A stretch of DNA of 64,000 nt from an uncultured Candidatus Bathyarchaeia archaeon (GCA_964584965.1 CAZPBM010000068.1:2660-66659), one strand, 5' to 3'; positions 29,542-41,868 are shown, counted from the first letter of the stretch. Numbers and translations are program-made. Notes: a model not told the origin generated them from the letters alone.

Positions 29542-30618
29542 CTAGTGGATAACATTTTCTCTAAGAATTTCAAGCATCTGTCTATCCAGCCTGTCCCCAT
29601 TAGGCAGGGTTTCGCTGTGAAATTCTTCACGTTCAGTGTTTATTATGCCGAAGGGTCCTCGGAAGTTCCAAAGTGCCCATCCGACTTTGTTCTCTTTTAA
29701 GATGCTGAGGACATCTTTGAACCAGTTTAGCTGTGTTTGCCTTGGAACTTTATATGCGTATGTGCCTACCTCGCCAACGTGGATGAGTGAACTTGTTTCT
29801 TTCCTGAACTTGAACCACGGGTTCATCCAGTTTTCCAGCCATTTTTTGTCGACGTAAACTCCTTTCCACCGTTGAAATTCGCGTCTTTGAGGCGAGTTAG
29901 GCGGAAACTTTTGTATATACTTGTCGAGGTTTGGCGCTTCGCATGGGTACATGGGTTGTTCATCGTATGTTCCCCAAACGCCTGCCCAGCTAGCCATAAT
30001 ATGTGTGATCCAAGGAGGCTCGTAAATGTGGAAGCTCTGCCCAAACAAGGGCTTGTTGATGTTAGGCACCGGCTCGTAGTGGCCATCTGAAGATATTAAG
30101 CCGTCAGCTATAACAAGTCTATTTTTGTCTTCGTCCCATATGGCGTCAAGCATTCTTTCGACAAATTTTTTGTAGACAGCCATTGTTGTCCCGTACGGCT
30201 CATTAACAAGATTGAAGCTAACCAGCCTATTTGGTAATCCTTTGTACCGTTTCGCGAAAAGCCGCCAGTGAAACTCACACGCAGCCTGAGCTTCTTCGTC
30301 CCTCCAAAGGTTGAAGGGTTCCTTGACACTTCGGTTCACTGTGAATCCAGGTGCCCTGTGAAAGCACATGTTCAAGTGGATGCCATATTTTTTTGCAAGA
30401 GTCACTGCGTCGTCAATTTCAGCCAGAACCTTTTCGTTGATTTTGTAGGGGTTTTCGTCTAGAATCCAGCAGTGGTAATCCATTGGCAAACGGAAGAAGT
30501 TGAAGCCCCACTCAGCAGCGCGTTTAAAGTCTACCTCCATAAACGGATCGTTTCTATAGAATTTTTCAAGCAAGTTGAAACCGTACCAAATCGGCAAAGA
30601 CTCCAACAGTCTCACCAA
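29542..30618 (-). CDS. glycoside hydrolase family 5 (cellulase/mannanase-like)
   Basis: The ORF contains FNFFRLPMDY, CFHRAPG, FNLVNEP (the acid/base NEP motif) and HIYEP, with aromatic-rich loops. Confidence 0.8.
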   Translation of the reverse strand: MVRLLESLPIWYGFNLLEKFYRNDPFMEVDFKRAAEWGFNFFRLPMDYHCWILDENPYKINEKVLAEIDDAVTLAKKYGIHLNMCFHRAPGFTVNRSVKEPFNLWRDEEAQAACEFHWRLFAKRYKGLPNRLVSFNLVNEPYGTTMAVYKKFVERMLDAIWDEDKNRLVIADGLISSDGHYEPVPNINKPLFGQSFHIYEPPWITHIMASWAGVWGTYDEQPMYPCEAPNLDKYIQKFPPNSPQRREFQRWKGVYVDKKWLENWMNPWFKFRKETSSLIHVGEVGTYAYKVPRQTQLNWFKDVLSILKENKVGWALWNFRGPFGIINTEREEFHSETLPNGDRLDRQMLEILRENVIH

Positions 30619-30813
30619 CCGTTTTTTATGTAAGATTATCTATAAATTTTTTTAGACCAAAATACCTGTTGCGAAGATAAAAATGAGGATTAGGTGCCCA
30701 AAAATCGTTAATTAGACCCTTCCGTTTTCAGTTGCAGCCACGTAAATTTTCTTATCTTTATCAAAAGATTGTAAAATCATTATCGGAGACATGATTCCTA
30801 TTAAGATGAAGCC

Positions 30814-32958
30814 TTAAGATTCGGATGCGCATTGTCTTATTTCTACTAGAGACGTTCCTTTTTCTGGGAGGTTAAAGAGTAAGGTGACTTTTTGTCCTTT
30901 CTGGCTGAATACGGCGCCATCAACCTCAATTTTGCCTTCAGGCTTAAGGCCTATTTCTTTAAGGTCAAAGGTTACCTCTCGAGTTTCAGATTTTTCCGAA
31001 ATGTTGAAGACGTTAACTACAGCTTTTCCTTCATCCGCAAGGGTGTGAACGTGAACGGTTTCGTCGAGTCCATAGAACGTTCCCTGCGTGTAGAACCGCT
31101 TCAGCCTCTTGTAAGTCTTCATGGCTTGCTTGTGGGCTTCCCAAACTTTAGGGTCTCGTTTGCCTCCTACTCCAAGGTGACGGCAGGTGGAGGCGTACCA
31201 CCAGAATGCGAGGGCGTGCTCGTTATCGTTGCGAAGGTCAATGTGAATATAGAGGGGGTACCCATAAGCGAGGTTATAATAGTACAGACTAATAGCTTTG
31301 CCATAAAGGAGGTCCCAAAGTGAATACCACATGTATTCGAAGGCCCAAAGTTCATCAGGGCCTCCCGGCTCATGCAAATAGTAAGTTGGCATAGAAGGAT
31401 AGAAGCAGGAACCTAAGAACGGGTGAAGCTCAATCAGGACGTTAGGATACTCTTTATGTATATCGCGCGCAAGTTTAAGTATTGCCCTGCCATGCTCTTC
31501 ACGCGTTAACGGAACAGAGTGTCCATGCGAGGGATCGTAGCACGGGCTTGTACCTGAAATCTCATGGCGGCCGTATTCGTCGCCGTCAAACATGAAGAAG
31601 ACTACGCCGTCTTTTGCCAGTTCAATCAAACGTTCAGTTTTGGTTTCAAGATAAGCTGGCGAGGCCATGCAGAGGTCCACTAAGACCATGCCGTACCTGT
31701 CTTTCCTGTGAGCTTTTTCAGGGTAAGTGGCATTTCGGCCAGCTTGGTCTGTCCACCCGGCTAGGGGAGTGTGAAGGGCCACGTTTAGTCCGTACTTTGT
31801 TTTCATGTATTTCACGAAGTCTTTTGCTGGGAGTAATCTGTCTGCTGCCCAAATTGACGAGCCGAAGTTCGTGTCCCATCCAGGATCCAGGTACAGAGCT
31901 TCACATCCCAGTTCATGGGCTTTTTTCGCCTCTTCCTCTAAAGACGGGAATGTATACAAGCGTTGTCTGTCTTCAACTGTGTCGTAGTGGCGGCCTGTGG
32001 CTTTTGTTGCCCACCAGAATGGATGGTCATAAAGCTCGTTCCAGTGGATTGGGGGATTAAACCCTTTGGGGGTTCCATGGCCCTGCTCGTCCATGAATCT
32101 TCGAAAGGCATAATAGCATTCTTTCCAGCCTCCTTCGACGAAGGCGTATCTTGTAATACCGAATCGCACTTCTTTTCCAGCCTCAATTTTCAAGGCGTCT
32201 TCAGGGTCCTCGTGCCATACGCTTGCCCCTCCAAATTGGATGACGGGTTTGCCGTCGTTTTCGTTAGGTTCAATAATTGAGAACTCCATTCCTTCTAGGT
32301 TGTGTTTGGCAATCAAGAGAGAGTGGCTGCCGTTGGTCCACGCCCAGCCTTCTGAACCGGATTTTTCGCAGAGAATCTTTTCAGCTTGGCTGAAGTACGG
32401 TCTGTACCATCCTTTTTTCGTGAGTAAATCTTTGAAGGAGTACTCGATGTATTCGCCATTTCGTCCGAACCAGCATTCTCTCCGATAAGGAACAGCGACT
32501 ACTTTGCTGTCACTTAAATTTTCAAGTAATTGGCCTTTTTCGTCTCCAATGGTTTTTGTGAACCCGAAGGAAAGGCTGGATGTGTCTATTGTTTCTTTTC
32601 CTATGTTTCTGACTGTTATCTGTTCTTCAAGGTAAGGTTCATTGTTGGGCACAAAGAAGGCATGTTCTATTTCGAGGTCTCCAGTTTTTCCCACAACAGT
32701 GATGTCTAGGCCATTGTCTGATCCATTTGTCATTCGTCTTTTCATGGAGTGTTTGAGGTATTGAGGAAGCCTGCCTCTGCGTTCCCAGACAAGGTATCTG
32801 TATTGGTACTTAGAATCAGCATAGATCATTCCGCTTTTTTTGCATTGAAGGTTGGTGGGGTTGATCCCTCCTTCAAGAATGACGTTTAATGATAAGTAAC
32901 TGTTTTCTATGACTAACTTGTCTTTTGCATGTTTACATTCAGCTTTTTCCGCACTCAA
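30814..32958 (-). CDS. putative glycoside hydrolase, clan GH-D-like (alpha-galactosidase/GH36-like) TIM barrel, family uncertain
   Basis: The 714 aa ORF contains EALYLDPGWD (compare the DDGW motif) and VVFFMFDGDEY. It has an N-terminal beta-rich region and a C-terminal beta-sandwich. Support comes only from context and weak motifs. Confidence 0.4.
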   Translation of the reverse strand: MSAEKAECKHAKDKLVIENSYLSLNVILEGGINPTNLQCKKSGMIYADSKYQYRYLVWERRGRLPQYLKHSMKRRMTNGSDNGLDITVVGKTGDLEIEHAFFVPNNEPYLEEQITVRNIGKETIDTSSLSFGFTKTIGDEKGQLLENLSDSKVVAVPYRRECWFGRNGEYIEYSFKDLLTKKGWYRPYFSQAEKILCEKSGSEGWAWTNGSHSLLIAKHNLEGMEFSIIEPNENDGKPVIQFGGASVWHEDPEDALKIEAGKEVRFGITRYAFVEGGWKECYYAFRRFMDEQGHGTPKGFNPPIHWNELYDHPFWWATKATGRHYDTVEDRQRLYTFPSLEEEAKKAHELGCEALYLDPGWDTNFGSSIWAADRLLPAKDFVKYMKTKYGLNVALHTPLAGWTDQAGRNATYPEKAHRKDRYGMVLVDLCMASPAYLETKTERLIELAKDGVVFFMFDGDEYGRHEISGTSPCYDPSHGHSVPLTREEHGRAILKLARDIHKEYPNVLIELHPFLGSCFYPSMPTYYLHEPGGPDELWAFEYMWYSLWDLLYGKAISLYYYNLAYGYPLYIHIDLRNDNEHALAFWWYASTCRHLGVGGKRDPKVWEAHKQAMKTYKRLKRFYTQGTFYGLDETVHVHTLADEGKAVVNVFNISEKSETREVTFDLKEIGLKPEGKIEVDGAVFSQKGQKVTLLFNLPEKGTSLVEIRQCASES

Positions 32959-33136
32959 TGTCGAACAACTCTTTACGCCATTATTTATAACAGTGATATA
33001 AATAAGTTTACTAGTTTAGTGGCAGTCCACAAAAACGGTGGTAAACATCAGACAAAGAAGAGTCAAACAGGAAAACAAGTCGCCCCTTCTTATAGAACCT
33101 TAATTCCTTTTTATATATGACTTAAGACATTGATAA

Positions 33137-34582
33137 TTGAGGTTTGAAATGAAATTTTCTTTTGTTAATCCTGGACCTAATGAGACTCGTCTCGAAGGGG
33201 AGAACATGAATGTTGCTGCGTGTCCTCCTCTTGGAATTCTGTATCTGGCCTCGACATTGGAGGCTAATGGTTTTGAGGTTTCAGTGTTAGACCACGCGGC
33301 TGAGGGGATGCCGATTAAGGAGGTTGTCGACTGGGTTATCAAGGAGGATCCTGATGTTCTCGGCTTGTCTGTTTTAGTTACCTCAAGTTTGATTGCGCCT
33401 ATAATTGCAGAGGAGGTTAAGATGAGAAAGCCGGACATGCCGATTGTCTTCGGGAACCATCATGCAACTTTTAATGCTGAAAGGATTCTTAGGGTGTATC
33501 CGTTCGTCGATGTGGTCGTTAGAGGCGAGGGCGAACTGACATGTCTTGAACTCGCAAACTGCTTAAAAGAAGGAAGGAGTATCAAAGACGTTTTGGGAAT
33601 CTCTTTTAGACACAACGGCGAGATTGTTTCGAACCCAGATAGACCGTTGATTAAGGACATTGACACGTTGCCCTTTCCGCAGAGAGACTTGATAGACACG
33701 GAATACCATAATACAACTGTCGGAATTGATGTGGCTCCTAAAAAATTCACCAGTTTTCTCTCTTCTCGAGGATGCGTCTTCAACTGTCGCTTCTGCGGCT
33801 GCACCAGCATTGCCAAGAACCGTTGGAGGGCAAGGTCGATTGAGAACATAATGGATGAACTTCACCTCCTAGTCAGCGAAGGATACAAACAGATATTCTT
33901 CGTCGATGACAACTTCACCCTTAACCAGAAGAGGGTAGTTGACCTTTGCCAAAGGATGAGAGAAGAAAAGCTGGACCTTGAATGGTTCTGCGAGGGAAGG
34001 GTGGACCAGGCGTCATATGATACGTTTCGGGAGATGGTGAAGGCGGGATGTCGAATAATGTACTTCGGGATTGAAAGTGGAACCCAAAAGGTTCTTGACT
34101 ACTATGATAAGAGGATAACGCCTGAACAGTCCAGAAAGGCTGTTGAAAAGGCGAGGAAGGCAGGATTCGACGTCATCACTGGTTCCTTCATTTTAGGTGC
34201 CCCTAACGAAACGAAGGCTGACATACAGAAGACGCTTGATTTCATAAAAGAGTTAGACCTTGACATCCCGCAGATTAATATTCTAAGCGTGGTTCCTGGT
34301 AACGCTGTATGGGACGGGTTTAGAGAGAAAGGAATGCTTAATGAAGACGAGTATTGGGAGCGGGGATTTTGGATCTCAGACATATGTTCAGACGCGGTTC
34401 CCGTTAACGAGGTCAGAGAGATGGTTCGAGACTTCTACCACTCTTACATCTGGTCCACAAAATACATTGCAAAACAAATATGTCGGACATTGAAAAGCGA
34501 GTACAGACTAAATGTCTTGTATAACAGCCTAAAAACAATCAACACAACGTTAAAAAACATCTCAAATTACATAACGCTATAA
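33137..34582 (+). CDS. B12-binding-domain radical SAM protein
   Basis: The N-terminal cobalamin-binding-like Rossmann region (VLGLSVLVTSS) is followed by SSRGCVFNCRFCG (CX3CX2C) and FFVDDNF. Confidence 0.8.
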   Translation: MRFEMKFSFVNPGPNETRLEGENMNVAACPPLGILYLASTLEANGFEVSVLDHAAEGMPIKEVVDWVIKEDPDVLGLSVLVTSSLIAPIIAEEVKMRKPDMPIVFGNHHATFNAERILRVYPFVDVVVRGEGELTCLELANCLKEGRSIKDVLGISFRHNGEIVSNPDRPLIKDIDTLPFPQRDLIDTEYHNTTVGIDVAPKKFTSFLSSRGCVFNCRFCGCTSIAKNRWRARSIENIMDELHLLVSEGYKQIFFVDDNFTLNQKRVVDLCQRMREEKLDLEWFCEGRVDQASYDTFREMVKAGCRIMYFGIESGTQKVLDYYDKRITPEQSRKAVEKARKAGFDVITGSFILGAPNETKADIQKTLDFIKELDLDIPQINILSVVPGNAVWDGFREKGMLNEDEYWERGFWISDICSDAVPVNEVREMVRDFYHSYIWSTKYIAKQICRTLKSEYRLNVLYNSLKTINTTLKNISNYITL

Positions 34583-34915
34583 AACAATGTAAAAACTGAA
34601 CAAAGTTGACGACAAACAAAAACAATAGAACTAAAACTTGGGTTTAGGTTTAGGGGGATGAAATTCTATTCTTTCGTGGGGTTTCGTACATTTTAGAAGC
34701 ATGTGGGACTTCAATTGTATTTTTATGTGTCTGTTTTGGGATTTGAAGTTGTGTTCTTGGTTCCTTAATTGATTACGTGTATGTTGCTTTTCAACAGTTT
34801 TGTTTGTGTGAGGTTTCTCTGTGTCTAAGTAGTTGAGGGAGAAGCTAAAATTTTCTGATTAGCGAGCTTGTTGAGCTTTAATTGTTCGTTTAAGGTGCGT
34901 TCTGCTTCTGTGTTC

Positions 34916-35332
34916 TTAGATGGCAAGTAGTAGAACTCCGATGAAGATTAGGGCTCCAGCTATTGCGGTCTTAAGCGTTACTTGTTCACCGAGAAGCAAT
35001 GCGGATAACACCAGCACGAATAGTATGCTTGCTCTGTCTACTGGCGCAACCTTCGAGGCGTCAGCCATTTTCAAGGCGGCAAAGTATAGCAGCCATGATA
35101 TGGCGCCGGCAACTCCTGAAAGCATTATGAAAACCATGTCTCGGCTGGTTAGCTGTGTCAATTGGGGGCCTTTGCCCATGGCTACTACAAAGCCAACTAT
35201 GAAAACGGCCATGATGACAGCTCTCATGGCAGTTGCAACGTTAGAGTCAACTCCTTGCAGCCCAACCTTTGCTAATATCGCTACAAGCGCCGCAAAAAAT
35301 GCGTCTAAAACAGCTAAAATAAACCAATCCAC
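34916..35332 (-). CDS. small EamA/DMT-superfamily membrane protein
   Basis: The ORF contains (V)DWFILAVLDAFFAALVAILAKVGL...VAPVDRASILFVLVLSALLLGE. I prefer the GTG start at 35330-35332 to the 162 aa track ORF. Confidence 0.6.
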   Translation of the reverse strand: MDWFILAVLDAFFAALVAILAKVGLQGVDSNVATAMRAVIMAVFIVGFVVAMGKGPQLTQLTSRDMVFIMLSGVAGAISWLLYFAALKMADASKVAPVDRASILFVLVLSALLLGEQVTLKTAIAGALIFIGVLLLAI

Positions 35333-35694
35333 ATTAACCACCAAATGCAAATTGCGATAACAGCATATTATTCTTTCCAAATCTACGGAGAAAAGTGAAA
35401 ACAACGAGGGATTAACAAGTCTCTAATTATCCTCGGCATAATGCTGCTATTAGCTTTGGCGGTGCCAGTCGTAGCTACTGAGATAATATTCTTTCTCTCA
35501 TTCATCATAGTTGGCACACCTTTCAGCCCCATCCTTATGTAGTTCTAATAATAATTCTTGTAACCATTCTCAGAAGAAGAAAGATATTACATTCTCCCAC
35601 ATCTCAAGAGATATTGATCAAAAAGATTCATGTTAGTAGATTATAGACTCTCTGATTCTGCTCGAACAAACTTATTAGTACGTATGTTCGTTTT

Positions 35695-36942
35695 TCAACT
35701 CCAGAACATAATCTGCCATCTTTTGTCTCCTTTTTCAATCAAGGTGATAAACCATAAAGGATCCTTAGAACTTATCTTTAGCATTACTGTTGTTTCTGGT
35801 TTAACAACTATCTCTTCAGCAGTCCTGTTTCCTCCAACCACTTCAACATCATTACCAAATGGCGGGCCAATCTTCACCGTCTGGGAAACCACTTTTCCCA
35901 TAATCCCAATAATTTCTCCATCCTCAAATCCTTTATTTATCAAGACAATTTGATAGATCCAAGTGCTGTTCTCCGAAATGAAACTTACAGAGGGGACAAT
36001 CCCATAACTGCGAAATGCTCCCACTGGATGAGGGCTCTCTACGATTAACCCATTGCCTGGACGTACCCCAGTAGGATAAAGCCAAGGCAGCCCAAAAACT
36101 GTCCCCAGGATCACTAACAAAATAACTGTTGTAGTTAACCCTCTTTTAGCTGGTTGGGCTATATCCCACCTCCTAGAAAGAACATCAGTAACCAATAGAA
36201 AGAGAGCTGATCCAAAAATTAGTATGAAACCGAGGAAGAAAAATAAATAGAATGTTTGGAATCCTACACCCTCACATGCCCAATCAGCAGTTAAGACGAA
36301 TCCTTTTAGCCAAAATAATGGAACAACTGGATAGTTGATTGGACAACCATAATATAACAGGAACCCCAGAGAAACCCAAAAAACATCCAATTTTAGGCGA
36401 TACCTTCTACTAAATAATAGATACATGCCAAAAGTTATGCTTGGAACAAAAAATCCGAAGGCTGTAATCAGCACGAGAGGATTTAAAATAACAAATGGCA
36501 AAGCAGTTGCTAAGATTAAGATGCCCAGAATTTTTCGGATGTATAGATCATCTTTGGCTGGCTTCATCAAACCTACTGTCGCAGAGGCTATTATAATCAG
36601 GGTTCCTGCCACGACGCCGACCAATAGATTAGATTGATTTTCGAGAAAAGCGAGAAACAAAGACACTATGGCAATTAACCCCCCAGACAGAGCTGTCATC
36701 TTGGCATATTTTCTGACCTTTCTTATTTCTGGCGGAAGCTCCGTTACTTTTTCACTTTTAGGCTTCGTTACGATCAAGACTATCGTTGAGACAACAGTTA
36801 TGACGATACCCATTAAAAGTATGGGAATAAGTGAGAGGAGTAGAGACGCCACCGAAATCCCCGCTCCAGATATCGCTACTATTTTAGCATACTTTCTAAC
36901 CTTCCTAGGTCTTGATGACATCTTAGTTGTATTCGTTGGCAT
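35695..36942 (-). CDS. polytopic membrane protein with N-terminal tandem duplication and C-terminal beta-rich domain, hypothetical
   Basis: RKVRKYAKIVAISGAGISVASLLLS and RKVRKYAKMTALSGGLIAIVSLFLA are two copies of a roughly 65-70 aa TM-hairpin unit. About 10 TM segments are present in total. The C-terminal roughly 120 aa are soluble. Confidence 0.5.
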   Translation of the reverse strand: MPTNTTKMSSRPRKVRKYAKIVAISGAGISVASLLLSLIPILLMGIVITVVSTIVLIVTKPKSEKVTELPPEIRKVRKYAKMTALSGGLIAIVSLFLAFLENQSNLLVGVVAGTLIIIASATVGLMKPAKDDLYIRKILGILILATALPFVILNPLVLITAFGFFVPSITFGMYLLFSRRYRLKLDVFWVSLGFLLYYGCPINYPVVPLFWLKGFVLTADWACEGVGFQTFYLFFFLGFILIFGSALFLLVTDVLSRRWDIAQPAKRGLTTTVILLVILGTVFGLPWLYPTGVRPGNGLIVESPHPVGAFRSYGIVPSVSFISENSTWIYQIVLINKGFEDGEIIGIMGKVVSQTVKIGPPFGNDVEVVGGNRTAEEIVVKPETTVMLKISSKDPLWFITLIEKGDKRWQIMFWS

Positions 36943-36954
36943 AGCTTTACGTTC

Positions 36955-37185
36955 CTATTTCGAAATTGTTTTACTGCAGTAAGGACAGATAGTCATGTCT
37001 CTAGGCAACGTTGAAAGATCCTTGTCGCGCCTAGGACACCTCGTCAGATAGGGTTTTTTGTCATCGAGAACCGTCAATGCCACGATATCTCCACATAAAG
37101 ATTGCGACACGTCTAATATAAGACTACTCTGGCTCTTCTCAACAAACAAGATCATCGATAAACTCACATGTGTAGACTTTCTCAA
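36955..37185 (-). CDS. small protein with C-terminal CPxx...CPYC zinc-ribbon-like motif, hypothetical
   Basis: The 76 aa ORF ends 12 nt before the membrane-protein ATG. Its cysteine spacing is CPRRDKDLSTLPRDMTICPYC. Evidence for coding is weak. Confidence 0.35.
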   Translation of the reverse strand: MRKSTHVSLSMILFVEKSQSSLILDVSQSLCGDIVALTVLDDKKPYLTRCPRRDKDLSTLPRDMTICPYCSKTISK

Positions 37186-37841
37186 TTCTTTCCTGCCCTA
37201 ATCCTTCAAGCTCAGCATCAACGCCTATACGCTGCCTTAAAGAAAGCCTAAATCCTCAACTTTGAAGCAGAACTGACACAACCAGTCAACACGCCAAAGG
37301 CACCGAAAAAGTCTTAAAACGCCAAAAAATAAGAAAATTGTAAAAAGTATGTCAGACGTTGTGTATGAAGTGGGCATGTCTAAAAAACTGTCTCATTCCT
37401 TCAGGCGTGCCAAACGCTACGAGGAAAAGTTTGCCTACAAACTTGGTCGCCCATAAAAAATTGACGAAATTCGCTACTTTGTCTCTTTTTGTAGAACCTG
37501 TCATGTTCTCCCCGAATTCTAGGCATTTGGCAAGTTCACCCTCAAGTATTGATCATTTCATTCCTTTAAACTTTTACAGAAAACTATCAGCTATCTGCCT
37601 CAAATAGGCTTTCCCCTTGAGGAGAAAAGACTTACTGTGTGACAAGATAGTATGTATGTTTTTCTTTTTGCAGCGCCCCTCTTCATTAAAAAGAAAAAAT
37701 ATAACTCTTTATTTGCAGAAGACTAGAAAACTGGTAAAACTCTGGCTAGATACTAAGCATGCACCATAAATAAACAAAATTTATGATTATATTAAAATTT
37801 TTATTCAAATGCTTATGCACCAAGATTATGTGCGATTGTGT

Positions 37842-38330
37842 TTATGTTTTGTATATTTTTTGCATTATGTGTACGTCCAAGAGTTTTCCAAATTTTTTGC
37901 CCACTTCCCTCATGGTTCCGACGTGTTCAAAGCCGAACATTTCGTGAAGGTGGACGCTGGCTTCGTTAGACTTGGCGATGTGGGCGATGACTGTGTGTAG
38001 GCCGCCTTTTTGTCCTTGGTCGAGAATTTCTTTCATAAGCCTTTTGCCGATGCCCTTTCCTCGATGCTCCTCCTCCACGTAAATCGAGATTTCAGCAGTA
38101 GCAGAGTACGCGCACCTGTCTGACCATTTGCTTAAGGACGCCCAACCCACAACTCCGCCGTCCTCCTCAGCGACCAAAATAGGATGCCTCGAACCGTGGC
38201 TCATAAACCAGGGCCTCTGCTCCTCAACAGTCTTAGGCACAACATCAAAAGTAGCCACAGTCCTCAAAACAGCCTCATTGTAAATCTCAGTTATAGCGCC
38301 CAAATCATCCAAAACCGCACGCCTAACCAA
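37842..38330 (-). CDS. GNAT N-acetyltransferase (phosphinothricin-acetyltransferase-like)
   Basis: The ORF contains VRRAVLDDLGAITEIYNEAV...ISIYVEEEHRGKGIGKRLM (the acetyl-CoA motif Q/RxxGxG/A). The true start is probably a TTG near 38330. The N-terminus of the track ORF comes from a T/G-rich spacer. Confidence 0.8.
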   Translation of the reverse strand: MVRRAVLDDLGAITEIYNEAVLRTVATFDVVPKTVEEQRPWFMSHGSRHPILVAEEDGGVVGWASLSKWSDRCAYSATAEISIYVEEEHRGKGIGKRLMKEILDQGQKGGLHTVIAHIAKSNEASVHLHEMFGFEHVGTMREVGKKFGKLLDVHIMQKIYKT

Positions 38331-38423
38331 CAACAAACAACCAACCCCAAAACAACCAAATAAAAACAAAAAACAGAAGAAACATTAAACCTTTACCATA
38401 ACAAAAAACCATAGAAAGACAAC

Positions 38424-38493
38424 ATGGCCAGAAAAGCTGACCCGACTATATATACCCCCCTCCCCCTCAACAACATGCACGGACAACAAACAA
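38424..38493. repeat. intergenic repeat copy A (G-runs + TATATATA + hairpin)
   Basis: The plus strand 38424-38483 matches the reverse complement of 54474-54533 at 57 of 60 positions, and at 52 of the first 53. Looser similarity continues for about 10 more nt. See the findings. Confidence 0.75.
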
Positions 38494-38521
38494 GCAACAA
38501 AAAACAAAGAAAACACAACAA

Positions 38522-38550
38522 CACGCATAGGCCACAAAAATCGTCCAGAC
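38522..38550 (-). other. pre-23S rRNA processing stem, 3' flank strand
   Basis: CACGCATAGGCC (38522-38533) is the exact inverted complement of 41659-41670. CGTC and CAGAC (38542-38550) pair with 41651-41654 and 41643-41647. Confidence 0.6.
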
Positions 38551-38564
38551 ACAGGAACTTTTTC

Positions 38565-41628
<3,064 letters not shown>

Positions 41629-41639
41629 TACTCGGTTCC

Positions 41640-41674
41640 AGCGTCTGTTTGACGTTTCGGCCTATGCGTGGTGT
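41640..41674 (-). other. pre-23S rRNA processing stem, 5' flank strand
   Basis: This is the partner of 38522-38550. It forms a 12-bp outer helix plus 4-bp and 5-bp inner helices separated by a 3-nt bulge. The geometry is bulge-helix-bulge-like and has not been verified. Confidence 0.6.
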
Positions 41675-41783
41675 TCATTGTGGGATGATAGCTCCCACTT
41701 TCACCCTTCGCTCCTCACTGTTGTTGATGAGGAGGTGCATGTCAATTAAATTGCTGTGCAAAATTTTCGAATGCACAACTCGA

Positions 41784-41816
41784 GATATAAATTTTGCTGT
41801 CGTAGAATATAAATTT
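41784..41816 (-). promoter_or_regulatory. tandem TATA boxes (AAATTTATAT x2, 21 nt apart) upstream of the 23S leader
   Basis: The minus strand reads AAATTTATATTC...AAAATTTATATC, about 110-140 nt upstream of the processing stem. This matches the archaeal TATA consensus TTTAWATA. The transcription start site is not determined. Confidence 0.45.
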
Positions 41817-41868
41817 AGTGAAATCTCAACCATGACTTAACTAAGGTTTTGTTGAGACTTGTTCTGTT

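Noticed and set aside
34796-34860. A possible degenerate third copy of the repeat (TCTGTGTCTAAGTAGTTGAGGGAGAAG...TTTTCTGA).
   Set aside because: Only the TG-rich left arm and a short GTTGAGGG match. The G-runs, the TATATATA and the hairpin are missing. The similarity could arise from shared low-complexity composition.
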